From Balamuthia mandrillaris (Eukaryota): a DNA stretch of 63,839 nt. Location: contig JAVKOQ020000084.1 of assembly GCA_031835245.2 (NCBI GenBank), positions 124,001-187,839 on the forward strand. The letters are read 5' to 3'. The position numbers and the translations under genes are program-made. Under the pieces are notes generated by a model, which worked only from the letters and a program-made list of their open reading frames with translations, did not search any database and was not told the origin of the DNA. This document shows, piece after piece, positions 50,640-62,625 of this stretch (the stretch's first letter is position 1; every line of letters begins with the position of its first letter).

Positions 50640-51798
50640 ATGAGCTTGCGCCCCACGACTCGCTACCAGACGTTGGAGGACGCCTCCTCGGGCTACAGGG
50701 AGCAAGACAGGCTGACCCAAGAGCAGCAGCAAGGCTCTCTGGAATCGGGGCACCTCCAGCACAACGACGACGGGACCGAAATCATTGGCCTCGTCGGAGA
50801 GAGGGATGGCTTTTGGCACAGTTTGCCTTGTTGTCCTCAGGTTCTCTCTCTGCTATCTACTTTTCTTCCATGCCTTTTATTTTTTTCTTTTGTTTAACTC
50901 AAACAAAAAAAAAACAGAAACGACCCAGCAAAAGGGCAACCGTGGCAGTGCTTGGCTTCATTGCGCTGGTCTTGATCGTGGCTGGCATTGCCATTAGCGG
51001 TACGTTGTGTTTTTTTCTTGTTCTATTCTTCTCAGTACATTTTTTTGCTGCCTATCCTGTTGCGTTATTTAACTGTATTCTGCCTTCTTTCTTCCTTCTG
51101 TCTCCCTTCTTCCTTCTTCCTCCATTTCTTTTCTTCTTTGCTGCCTGCTTTTGCTGCTTTCTTCCTTTTAAAACAGTGTCGTTGTCGGTGAAAGACGATA
51201 CGGATTCCTCCAATAACAAACCAACTTACTCCTTTGACGACATTTTCTCTCTCAACCCAAAGTCCTTCACGTTTCAATGGTTCTCCATCAACTCCACCAC
51301 AGCTGGGCTCATCTACTCGGACAAAGAGCGCAACATCTTTTTGCAAAAGGTGTATGTAGACAGCAACGAAAACCAAAACAATAGCCATACGGCTGTTTTT
51401 CCTGATGTCAACGAAAGAGTGACCCTGTTCAACGTTAGTCTCAACAATAACTCCTTGTTGGTGCCTTCGCTGGGCAGTCAGTACTCCCTGTCTTATGATG
51501 CCTCCTATCTTTTGCTTCCTGTGCACCAAAGCAAGGTTCTTTTTTTTCAATCGTATCGATATATTGCTTCTCTTCTTTCTGACCTCTTCCGTTGCTTTCT
51601 TTTTTATTCTCCATTTCTCCTTTTGTTCTTTGTTCATGTTTGTTTTTCTTTATTTGGATTGCAGATATGGCGGCATTCTTTTGAAGCCAAGTTTGTTCTA
51701 TTTTCTGTGGCAAATCAAGATGTGCATGACAACTTGAATGAAGATGCCAAGCAAACAAACGCCATTTGGTCTCCTACCAGCCTTTCTGTGGTAAGCCT

Positions 51799-51840
<42 letters not shown>

Positions 51841-54816
51841 GCATACTAAAAGCAACAAATGTAAAGGCATTCGTTCAAGATGATGATATTTATTTGAGAA
51901 AGGATGTGTCCAGCACCGAACAGTCTCCCATCAGGATAACTACTGATGGTTCCCTGCCTGGTTTGTTTTTCTTAGTCTTCCTCCTTTCTTTACGTTAACT
52001 CACTCTTTGTTTTCACCCAAGGAATCACAAACGGCGTGCAAGTGTGGGTCTACGAAGAAGAAATCTTTGCCGACTATTCAGCCATGTGGTGGGCGCCTGA
52101 TGGCTCTCAGCTGGCCTTTCTTCGATTCAACCAGAGTGCAGTGCCACAGGTTACCATGCCCATGTATGAAGGCAACCCTTATCCTACGCTAAAAACCTTC
52201 CACTATCCAAAGGTACTTTACAACACCCCTTTTTTTTTTCTCTTGTTCTTCTTTCTCTGTGTATTGTTCTTCTTGTTCCTGCTCTTCTTCTTCTTCTTTA
52301 ACACACTTTGCTTCCATTTATGACAATAGCCTGGTTATCCCAATCCTGATGTGAGTGTGGGTGTCTTCAACGTAACCGCGGGCTCAACAGTTTTCTTGGT
52401 TGTTTTTCAATATCGCCATTAATTTTGCCTATCCTTCTTTTGACTGATTATCTTTAAATTTAAAAAGAACATTGGAAATAGCACTGATATGTACGTGACT
52501 GCTGTTGAATGGGTGGATAGTATCACAATATCGGTCACCACTTCCAATCGCTTACAAAACGTTCGTTTATCATTTCTTTATTGTAACAAATTGAAAGATA
52601 CGTATTCTTTTAATGCTAAACAAACACCATAAACAGAAACAAACTGTGCTCTTGGTTAACACGCTCACCAATGCCTCTCGTATCCTTGAAGTAACTGTAT
52701 CCAAGAATGGCTGGTTGGAGCCTGTACGTTAAACTCTTCTTCCTTTCTTTTTCTTCGTTGCCTCTTTTTCTCCTTTCTTATTGCTGTTCAAACATACTGC
52801 CAACAAAAGGACTCCAACCTCAAATTCATTTCCATCAACAATACCGTGCAATACTTTGTCGACACTGTTCCCGACGATAATGGCTTTATGCAAATCGCTC
52901 TTTATAACTACTCCTCGGCTGAGCTCATTCAAACCTTTTCTGCTGGCAAGAAACGAGACGTGACCCAAATTCTCGGGTGGTACTCTCCAACTGATTCTTT
53001 GCTCTTTGTTAGCACTGCTTCAGCCTCTTCGGCAAAGCAAGACGAAGAATCGTTCACTTCTCTTGAAGAAAGAGCTATTTTCAGCATTGACGACTTTACA
53101 AAGCAAACCGAAGGAGGAAAGAAGAAGCGAGAAATACAAGACGAGAACAACTGGAGATTGTTGTCAAAGGTTAATGCTTCCTCGGATCACCCGGCGGAGA
53201 CGGAAGGTTGGTGGGGCTGTTCATTCCATGAAAAGAGCGGCTTTTACGTGCTTACTTTTGGAGGCAATGGGGACGTTCGCCATGTTCCATTCACTACTCT
53301 TCATCACTTGCATGTTCAAGGTTTGTTTGTTATTCTTTTGTTTTTTGACCCTCGTATTTTGCTTGTTGCTGTTCTCTGCTTTGTTTGACTAACCACTGCC
53401 TTTTTTGTGGTTTGTTCCTTCATTAGATATGATGGTAACTTTAGAAAGCAACAACGATTTTAAGGCAAACATCAGCAAGTTGGCCTTACCCACATACAAA
53501 TTCTTGTCTATCCCTCTCCAGCTTGGCGAAAACAAAACATGTACTTTCCTTCCTGATTTATTTCTTGTGATTTCTTCTTGTTCTTCTTCTTTTAGGTTCT
53601 TATTCTAACTTTTGTTCTATTATCAGCAATGAACGCTTGGCAATTGCTCCCTCCTAATTTCCAGTCGGACAAGGCGTACCCTATGTTGCTCAAGGTATAT
53701 GGTGGACCTGGCAGCCAAGGCGTCACCAAGCAATACGCTCTTGGTTTTGATGCCTATCTTGCCTCCCAGGGCTACGTCATTGCTGCTGTAGATGGAAGAG
53801 GAACTGCTTTTAGGGGTAATGATTGGAAATTCAGTGTTTACGGTATGTTTTTTTCCTTTGGTCTGGTTTACTGTTCTTTGTATCCCATTTTATTTATATT
53901 CTTAACTTATGTCCTCTCAACAATATAGAAAATTTGGGTCAAGTGGAATCCGAAGATCAAATCGCTGCTGTAAAGTTTATGAGCAAGTCCCGCTACATTG
54001 ACAGCAGCAGGCTTGGCGTTTGGGGATGGGTTTGTTTGTTTATTTTTATTGTTTACTCAACTTATTCTCCTTACTTCTTTGCATGACCGTGTTGTTTGCC
54101 TTTCTTTCTTTTTGAATTTGTTGCTGTTCTTTATTTTTTTTCGTTTCTTCAATGCTAAACCAAACTGTTCCATTGTTGCACAGTCTTACGGCGGATATAT
54201 GACCAGTAAAATCCTTCAATCAAGTACGTTATCATATTGTTTTGTACTTTATTATTATTATTGTCTTTGTTTCTGAAGTATCTCTGTTCTCTCTTTCTCG
54301 TTCTCTGTAAAGATGAATCGCGAGATCTGTTCACAACAGGCATTGCTGTTGCTCCTGTCACCGACTGGAGCTTTTATGGTTTGTCTCTTGTTCTGTCTTA
54401 TCCTCTTTTTTCAAAAAAAAAAATGCAGTTCCTCGTTTAACATTGCTGAATGGTAAACAGACAGCGTGTATACAGAGAGGTACATGCAGACACCATCACT
54501 AAATCCGTCGGGCTATCAGAATAGCAGCATACTCGCCAATCCTTTGGCTAACTTTGCCAACATTTCTTTCTTGCTCGTTCATGGCACTGGTACTTCGCTC
54601 TCTCTGCCTCTCTCTCTCTCTCTGCCTCTCTCTCTCTCCCTTTTTTAAGTTTTTTTTGATCGTTCATTTCTTTGCTTTTTTAACTCAACGCCTCAACAGC
54701 GGATGATAACGTGCACCTGCAGAACTCGGCAGAGCTAAGCAAGTTGTTGGTGAATAAAGGCATTGCTTTCCAGCAGATGTATTACACCAACAGTTCGTAT
54801 TTTCCTTCCTTGTTCC

Positions 54817-54882
<66 letters not shown>

Positions 54883-55059
54883 TCTTCTTCTCTCTCTCTC
54901 TCTCTCTCTTGGTGTTCTCATCTTTCTTTGTATTAACACTTTCTCTGCCGCTCAAAAGATGATCATAGCATCAACAAAGATAATGCAAGAAGACATCTTT
55001 ACAACAAACTGAGCAACTTTTTGGACATTCATCTTCGGAAGAAGGAGAAAGATCAATAA
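50640..55059 (+). CDS. Dipeptidyl peptidase IV family (S9B), type II membrane protein
   Basis: N-terminal TM helix, WVYEEEIF, VYGGPGSQ, spliced GW-SYGG, DDNVH, DHSI. Confidence 0.93.
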
Positions 55060-55490
55060 CCGCCCCTTGGAAGAAAAAAAAGAGAGCAGAGGATTATCTT
55101 TTTTGGAAGTGGGCGAGTTATTGTAACTTGTGCTTCTCTCACAATAAAAACCAAGGGATGGAAGGTCAACAGACAGATGCCTCACTCCAATCGTTCTGCC
55201 TTGCTTCCCTCTTCTTTTGCTTCTGGGCTTTGGTTTGATGGCTCCCAAACTGAGCAGTTCGAGCCTTGCTTTACTGAATTGGGAGCTTTCTCCTATAATT
55301 GCCAAGATGCACGCCGGAGCCCTCTCCTCAAAAGCATGGCGAGCGGTACACTGTTCTGCCTGGCGCGGCAAACATTAGCCAACCCGCCTTTTTTTTCCTT
55401 GGCATGGACAACAACTAAACAGGGTTTGATGGTAGTGAAAACTCCACCCCAGGCTTTGTTGCCTTTGTCGCCTAATTTTTGTTTCCGACC

Positions 55491-55530
<40 letters not shown>

Positions 55531-55602
55531 AAGAAGGAGAGAGTGTGGATGTTTTTGTAAACGGCCGTGTCCGGCTAGCAGAGGAGAGAGAGAAAGTGCA
55601 AG

Positions 55603-55643
<41 letters not shown>

Positions 55644-55774
55644 GAGAGAGTGCGAGCAAGAGAGGAAAGGGAGTAAAAAAGGGACAATAGGAACGTGTTA
55701 TCCTTTGGAAAGGAATGATCACACAAAAGAAACAAGTGTTAGAGAGAGACTATTTTGTTTTCTTGGGCTAATGC

Positions 55775-56339
55775 TTAATAGTCGTCGTCATCACCGAACA
55801 AACCACCAGCAGCCAAGTCCTCCTCAGCCTCCTCCTCCTTCTCAGCGGGCTTCTCCTCGGCCTTGGGGGCAGGAGCGCCAGAGCTACCACCAGCAGCGGC
55901 GGGGGCACCACCACCGACGGCCACGTTGGAGCAGGCGTCAAGGAGGGCGTCGAGGCCCTTCTCGCCAAAGGCACGCTCGTAGAGAGCGGTCACAAAGGCG
56001 GGCACGGCAAAGCCAGCAGCGGTCAGGACAGCGTTGAGCTTGTCAGCCTGGTTTTTTTTTTTAAGAAAGAGAAAGCGGAGAAAGGAGAGAAAAGGGATAG
56101 AGAGATGAAGCCAAGGGAGAAAAAGATTATAGAAACGGAACAAAACAGAAACAAATTAGCGGAAGAAAAAGAAAGAGTAACGTAACACAAAAATAAGGGG
56201 GGGGAGGGGGACAAAAGAGATGTTGATTTTTTTAGAAGAAGGAATTGCTTACGGTGATGGCGACGCTGGAGTCCTGGAGGATGAGGGCAGCATAGGCTGC
56301 GGCATAGTCGTTCTTTTGGCTGGCGGTGAGGCTGTCCAT
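55775..56339 (-). CDS. RPLP1: 60S acidic ribosomal protein P1
   Basis: YAAAYAALILQDSSVAIT-ADKLNAVLTAAG, Ala/Gly hinge, acidic tail; one intron ~56049-56251. Confidence 0.9.
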
Positions 56340-56448
56340 TTGCTAATTACGCACAAAAAAATAAATAAATAAATACATCAACAATCGTTCCACCAGATGA
56401 AAAAAAAAAAACAAAACCAAGTCCAATTCAATTCAATTCACCAAACGA

Positions 56449-56485
<37 letters not shown>

Positions 56486-57070
56486 ACATCTCAACGAAAT
56501 CAATCACGTTTAACAAACACTTTGCGGCGGAGCAGAAAGATAGAGAGAGAAAGAGAGGAGGGGAAAGTACGTTTTTTTTTTTTTTTCGCTGGTGGAGAAG
56601 AATAACACGGTTTGTGTGGCGCTACTCGCTTTGCGTTTGTCCTTTTTGCTCTCTGCTGGCGAAGAATGACTTTTTTTTTTTTGCTGGTGAACCCCCAAAT
56701 TTTTCTCAAGAAGAAAACAAGAACAAAAAAATAGCATATTCTGTCGACAATTAGATTTGTGCGGACATTGACTTTATGCGGACATTTGTCGACAGTGGAG
56801 GAAATTTGGTTCGCTTCTCCGCCGTTTTTCCATCAACTTTCTGCCGCTTCCCCGTTTAAAATATTCAAAAAGAGAGAAAAAAAAAAGGTGTTTTGTTCTT
56901 CATATCACACAAGAACGAACAAACGACACTGAAGAGAGGACTCTGTGCCAACCTCGAGGTGGGTGTGTGTGTGTGGTGTGTGGACCGTTTCATCCTTTTC
57001 AGTTTTTTTTTTTTCCTTCCCTTCCCCTCATCTGAAGGAAAAACAAAAAAAAACACAAGGAAGGCATACC

Positions 57071-57691
57071 ATGAGTCAGGTGAGAGGAAAAGCGCAGCTG
57101 ATAGCCCCAACGGTGGCTTCCATTATGGCGAGGGACGTCATTTCCGTGACCCCCAAAGACACCCTTCGCCACGCCCTTGGCCTCATGCGAACAAATACCA
57201 TCAACAGGCTGCCTGTTGTAAAAGACCATTTGCGTAAGACGCTCCTTTCCTCTCTCAGCCTCTACACTACTGATGATCACCAACAAACACCACTAAAAAC
57301 TTACCTCTTCTCTCTCTCTCTCTCCCTCTCTCAAGAGAATCGCCAAAAGCTGGTGGGCATCGTGAGCGAGCGTGACGTGCGCCTGGCCGCTCGCTCCCCC
57401 GTTCTCGCCGAGACCAAGCGGGAGGTGCTGGAGAGCCTGGAAAAGGTGCACGTCGGGGACGTCATGAAGACGGGCGTGGTCACGGTGGAGGACACGGCCA
57501 GCATCGTCGACGCCACCAAGCTCATGAGGGTCAGCCACGTGGGCGGGCTGCCGGTGACCGATGCGGCGGGCAACCTGGTGGGCATGTGCACCCGCACGGA
57601 CCTGCTGGATCAGCTCATCCGGGTCTATGAGCCGCTGGACAGCGGTCCCTCCTCCTCTTCGGACCAAAAGGAAGTGGCTGCTTCCAAGTAG
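57071..57691 (+). CDS. CBS-domain pair protein (AcuB-like)
   Basis: IMARDVISVTP...RLPVV..KLVGIVSERD and VMKTGVVTV...GLPV...LVGMCTRTD; one intron. Confidence 0.88.
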   Translation: MSQVRGKAQLIAPTVASIMARDVISVTPKDTLRHALGLMRTNTINRLPVVKDHLRKTLLSSLSLYTTDDHQQTPLKTYLFSLSLSLSQENRQKLVGIVSERDVRLAARSPVLAETKREVLESLEKVHVGDVMKTGVVTVEDTASIVDATKLMRVSHVGGLPVTDAAGNLVGMCTRTDLLDQLIRVYEPLDSGPSSSSDQKEVAASK

Positions 57692-57699
57692 AGTGAAGA

Positions 57700-57942
57700 G
57701 GAGGAAGAAGGAGGAGAAGAGAAGAAGAAGAACGAAGAACGAAGAAGAACAAGAAGAAGAACGAAGAAGAACAAGAAGAAGAACGAAGAAGAAAGAAGTA
57801 ACAAGAAGAAGAATGAAGTTAAAAAAAGAAGAAGAACAAGAAGAAGGGGAAGAAGAAAAGAAGAAGAAGAAGAAGAAAAGAAGAAGAAGAAGAAGAAGAA
57901 GAAAAGAAGAAGAAGAAGAAAAAAAAGAAGAACAAGAAGAAG
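57700..57942. repeat. (GAA)n microsatellite
   Basis: Directly visible. Confidence 0.9.
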
Positions 57943-58350
57943 GCATGACTAAAGTGTAGAAAGAAAGAGCAAGGGGAAAGGGAAGCAAAAAAAAAATAAA
58001 ATAAAAATGTAGAAAGAAAAATGTAGCGGGAGGGGGAGAGAGGACGAAACAGCAAAAAAAAATGTAGAGAGGGAGAGAGCAGGCAGCCCCGTGGTGGCAA
58101 GAAGAGAGGAGGGAGAAGCCGGCTGTTGTGTGAATGCATCGAAAAATGGGTTGTTCCCCCAAAGCTTGTGGCCGGTAGATGAAAGCAGTGAGAAAGAAGG
58201 AAAAAAGAGTTAAGGGCCAAAAGCTTTGTTTGATGATCTTTTTCTTTTGTCAGCAATAACAACAAATCTTCAGAACAAAAAAAAAACTAAATAAAATTGT
58301 GAAAAAAAAAAAGGGAGTAATCATAATCAATCAGTACTACTTTTATGTGT

Positions 58351-58572
58351 TTACTGGCCCTTTCCGGGAACATATTGGAAGACAGCTTTCGGCTCCACCA
58401 CGAAGAGAATGCCCAGCACGCCGACGGCTCCCCAGCGGAACAGGGCGGGGGCGTAGCGCAGGGCAAAGTTTCCGTACTTTTGGGCGTTGAAGGCGAGGCG
58501 GGTGACCCTCTCCCGCGGAGTCGAGAAGAGGTAGGGGCGTCTGCGGGCAAGCTCGTCGATAGTTTGTGGCAT
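58351..58572 (-). CDS. UQCR11: Cytochrome b-c1 complex small subunit UQCR11/QCR10-like
   Basis: QKYGNFALRYAPALFRWGAVGVLGILFVVEPKAVFQYVPG resembles UQCR11 PRYRELVKNWVPTAYTWGAVGAVGLVWATDWRLILDWVP. The last codons could be spliced differently. Confidence 0.75.
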   Translation of the reverse strand: MPQTIDELARRRPYLFSTPRERVTRLAFNAQKYGNFALRYAPALFRWGAVGVLGILFVVEPKAVFQYVPGKGQ

Positions 58573-58977
58573 TCTTTCTTTCTGAGACCAGAGAAAGGGT
58601 GAACGGGAACGAGGGCGAATCCAATCAAGTGGGGGGGGGGTCTGAGTTGGTTTGAGTGCGTTGAACCAAATCAATCTTTTTTTTTTGTCTCTTTCTTGTG
58701 CTACTCTTTTTTTTTCGATAATAATGTTGCACCGCTGGACGAGATGTCGCTCCCACAACGAATGTCCAGTTCCAGAGTGTTGCCAAGTGAAGGGGCGACC
58801 GTTTCAGTTTCGCAGATTGAACCCGCATGCGGGAGTCACGCGTTCGACTCGCACAGATAACACATTTCTCCAAAATTCTTTTTTTCTCAGAAAGAGAGAA
58901 AAAAGTTTAACGAAGAAGAAGCACACAGGCAGTCACGACAGCTCGAGAGAAAGCAAGCACAGCGCCACTCACGCAGC

Positions 58978-59302
58978 ATGTTGGAGGTAGAACTCATCCG
59001 CGTCATCCGAGAGAACGACCTGGCAGCCCTGGAAGAGCTCCTGCGCTCCGACCGGGACCCTCTGTCCCAGGAGGAAGGCTCGGACGAGGAACCGCCTGCT
59101 TTGGTGTTCATGGGAGGGGCCACTCCCTACCACTGGGCGGCCCAGGAGGGTCGCTTGGAAATGGCCAAGCTCTTTCAGGAGAGGGGCATGCCCGGGCTTA
59201 CCGCGAAAGATGACACCGGCTCCACTCCTCTTCATTGGTTTGCGTTATTTTTTTTTGGTCTCCTCCGCTTTTCACATATTCCCTCTCCTCTGTCTCTCTC
59301 TC

Positions 59303-59336
<34 letters not shown>

Positions 59337-59643
59337 CTTCTTTGATTCTCTCTCTCATTCTCACTTGCGCTCCTTTTCCTCACCCTGCCGTTTCAAATAC
59401 GCTCAGGGCTGCTGATGAAGGTACCTTCTTTTTCATTACCTGTTTTCGTTGTTTTTGTTGTCTTCCTCATCCATTGCTTGTTGTTTTCTTCTTGTTCTTG
59501 TTCTTCTTCTTGTTCTTCTTCTTGTTCTTCTTCTTGTTCTTCTTGTTCTTCTTCTTCTTCTTGTTCTGCTTGTTCTTCTTCTTCTTGTTCTTCTTCTTCT
59601 TCTTCTTCTTCTTGTTCTTCTTCTTCTTGTTCTTCTTCTTCTT

Positions 59644-59674
<31 letters not shown>

Positions 59675-61372
59675 TACATTTCTGTATTTCTTCTTAACAA
59701 CCGCATCTAAATTTCTTCCTCTCTTTCCTTTGCAGGACACACGGAGATGTTGGAGTATTTGATTGAAAGAGGAGCAGACGTGAATGCAGTGGATAACGAG
59801 GGAGAGTCAGCCCTCATGAGGGCATCATTAGGTGGCCATACCGCCTCTGTGGAGTTCCTTTTAAAAGCTGGAGCTGGCATGAACTTGCAAGCTCTCAACG
59901 GCAACACTGCGTATGATTATTACCAGTTTTTTTTTGTTCATGCTTCTCTACTGATACAAAAAAAAAATCCATAGTCTTCATTTTGCAGTGTTGAATGCCA
60001 ATGAAAATGTGATTACAGTTCTGGTAATGGCTGATGCGGATCTTACTTTGAAGAACAAGGAAGGAGCTACCGCTGAACAGATGGCGCAACAGATGTGCCC
60101 CGATTGCATCACTTTCTTTGACAAAGCAGCAAATCAGTTTAGAGGTTTGCCATTTCCTCTTTCTTCATTGCTGTTCTCTATTTCACTCAATTCTCTCTCT
60201 CTTTCCAATTTCTCACTATTCCAACTTCCGAAACAACGAAAATAGCAACAATCGAATCTCTTCAACGCCAAAACGAAGGGCTACGCCAAAAAGAAACACA
60301 AACCGAGGAACGTCTCGAAGAAACACAACGCAAACTTATGAACCTCTATACTCAACTCAAAGCCTCCGAAGACTCTCTCCAAAAAGAACGACAACATGCT
60401 TCTTCTTTAACTCAACAACTCTCTTCCCTCAACGAACGGGTTCAAACAACAAATGAACAACTTTCTAAAGTGCAACAACAACTCGAACAATTAGAAACAG
60501 ACAAACAAACAACAGCAAGTGAATGGCAACACAAATACGAAGCTCTAAGAGAGGAGGAATCGCAGCGAAGAAAAGAGTTGGAAGCTTCTCTGGAAGAAAC
60601 CCGCTCCAAACTGGCCGAAAAGGAGGAAGAGAACAAGCAACAAGCGATAAAGATGAAGGAACTGAAATTGGAGGTCGAAGTGGAGATGAAGTTGAGAAAA
60701 AGCGCTGATGAAACGGCTCGTCGCCTTCGACAAACTATTTTCAACCACAATCTGCACCAAAAACAGCAAAATGTACAAACCATACAACGAACCAACGACG
60801 TCGAGAATGAAGAGAGTGAAGAGAGTGGAAGCAAAGTCATAACAAAAGTGATCAAACCGGAAGTTGACAAAGATGAACTCATTCAAGAACTATATTACTT
60901 ACGAGAGTCAATGAACTCAGTGAAGCAAATCTTCTCCATAGCGACGAGTGCCATCTCTGCAACCAACAACAAGATCCGTTTTTTGGATGACTTTATCACC
61001 GAGAGAAAGTTTCAAGAAAAGATGCACAATTTGAATGAAGAAGAAGATGGTGATAAGGAAGAGAAAGAAGAGATACGAAAAGAGAGAGCAGAACAGAGAG
61101 ATAGAGACAGGGAGAAAGAAGGGAAGAGAGAAGCAGCGGCAAGAGATATCGTTGGAACGCAGCGAACAAAAGACTTACAACATCAACAACACCAGCAGCA
61201 ACAACAACTGCCATTTGCTTTTCCTTCAACTTCTGCTTCAAACGTTCGTATCATTCCATTGGATGATGGTGGCCTCTCTCTTGTTCCTAAAGCAACACCA
61301 GCACCAACGACACCAACCACAACAACAACTCTAACACCAACGACACCGCCACAACAATCATTACAGTCATAG
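58978..61372 (+). CDS. Ankyrin-repeat plus coiled-coil protein
   Basis: GATPYHWAAQEG, GSTPLHW, GESALMRASLGGH, GNTA; long Q/E/K coiled coil. Confidence 0.85.
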
Positions 61373-61431
61373 TTTAACAAAGTTTGGTAAACAGCAGTGC
61401 TTTCTTTTCTTCCATCTTCTCTAAACATCCA

Positions 61432-61933
61432 TCATTCTTCACCAAGAATCAGTTTGTGAGAAGCAGGCACGGATTCATCCCACTCAGCGTAAAACATGTT
61501 GAAAGCCAGGAGAGAGCTCAGGCCATGCTTTTGCTGAAAGGCAGATGGCTGGAAGGACCTTCTTGGAGCAAAGCCACAGCCTCTGCTTTTGATGACCGTC
61601 TCGGTCCCCACGTCAATAACGCTGGGTTGCTCATAGGCAAGAAAAGTGTATCGGTGTTTTCCTGCGGAGAACATGAACAAGAAGAGGAGGTGGAGGAAGA
61701 ACAACAAGAAGAAGAAGAAAGACAAGCACAACAACAAGAAAAGAAAGGGTCAACAAAGTTGAGGTTGAGATGGTGAAAAAGGTTCAGAGAATGATACCGC
61801 TATCTTTGCCGGGTGCAGCTCCTACGTATTCCGCGATGGCAAAGCCTTTCTCCGGTTCAAGCTCGTCATCAGAGGAAAGAGGCACGTTCACCGCTGTTTT
61901 TAACAAACGATTTTAGCTCCAAATGAAGAGAAC

Positions 61934-61989
<56 letters not shown>

Positions 61990-62355
61990 ACAAACCGAGC
62001 CAATGCAACCAAGCCTTAAACTTGGGGTCGAGCGGGCTGGGAGCATCCGGATCCACCAGCATGACGGTGTACAAAGCAGAGCTTCTTCCTCTCTCGGCTT
62101 CAGCAAGGCGGAGGCGAGGCACCTGCCGCACTTGCTGTGGCTTCAGCTCCGTTCCTGGGCTGAGGGTGAGCTGGCCTTCCTCTCCATCATGAAAGGAAAC
62201 CTGCACAGGAGAAAAACAAACAGCTAGGTTATTTTCAACGTGGTAGTGCGAGGCTGGAAAAAAAGAAAGCCAAAGAACCCTACGCTGAGCAAAGAGCGAG
62301 GGAGCTCGGAGACAAGGTCCGGCACGATGCGGTGGCTCGTTGCTTCTTCTTCCAT
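61432..62355 (-). CDS. Phosphatidylethanolamine-binding protein (PEBP/RKIP family)
   Basis: IVPDLV, YTVMLVDPDAPS, WLHWL, EYVGAAPGKDSG-KHRY; three introns. Confidence 0.92.
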
Positions 62356-62625
62356 ACTGTACCCTAGGGTTTCCTCCTTCTTTGCTGAAACGATATTTTC
62401 AAATTTTTCAACAATAAAATTGTTATAATGAGTGAGTTAGTTGCTTCTCCTTACGAAGAGAACAACAGAATAGCATTTTTTATTGCTTTGTGGAAAAAGA
62501 AAGAAGAGAGAGAGCTCTTAACAAACAGCAAATAGTTTTGGTTGGCGGAGGCCTGCCTTCCAACCAAAAGCCAACCTCACGTTCTGTTTGTTTTTTTTTA
62601 AAAAAAAAAAGGGAATAAAAAGGAA

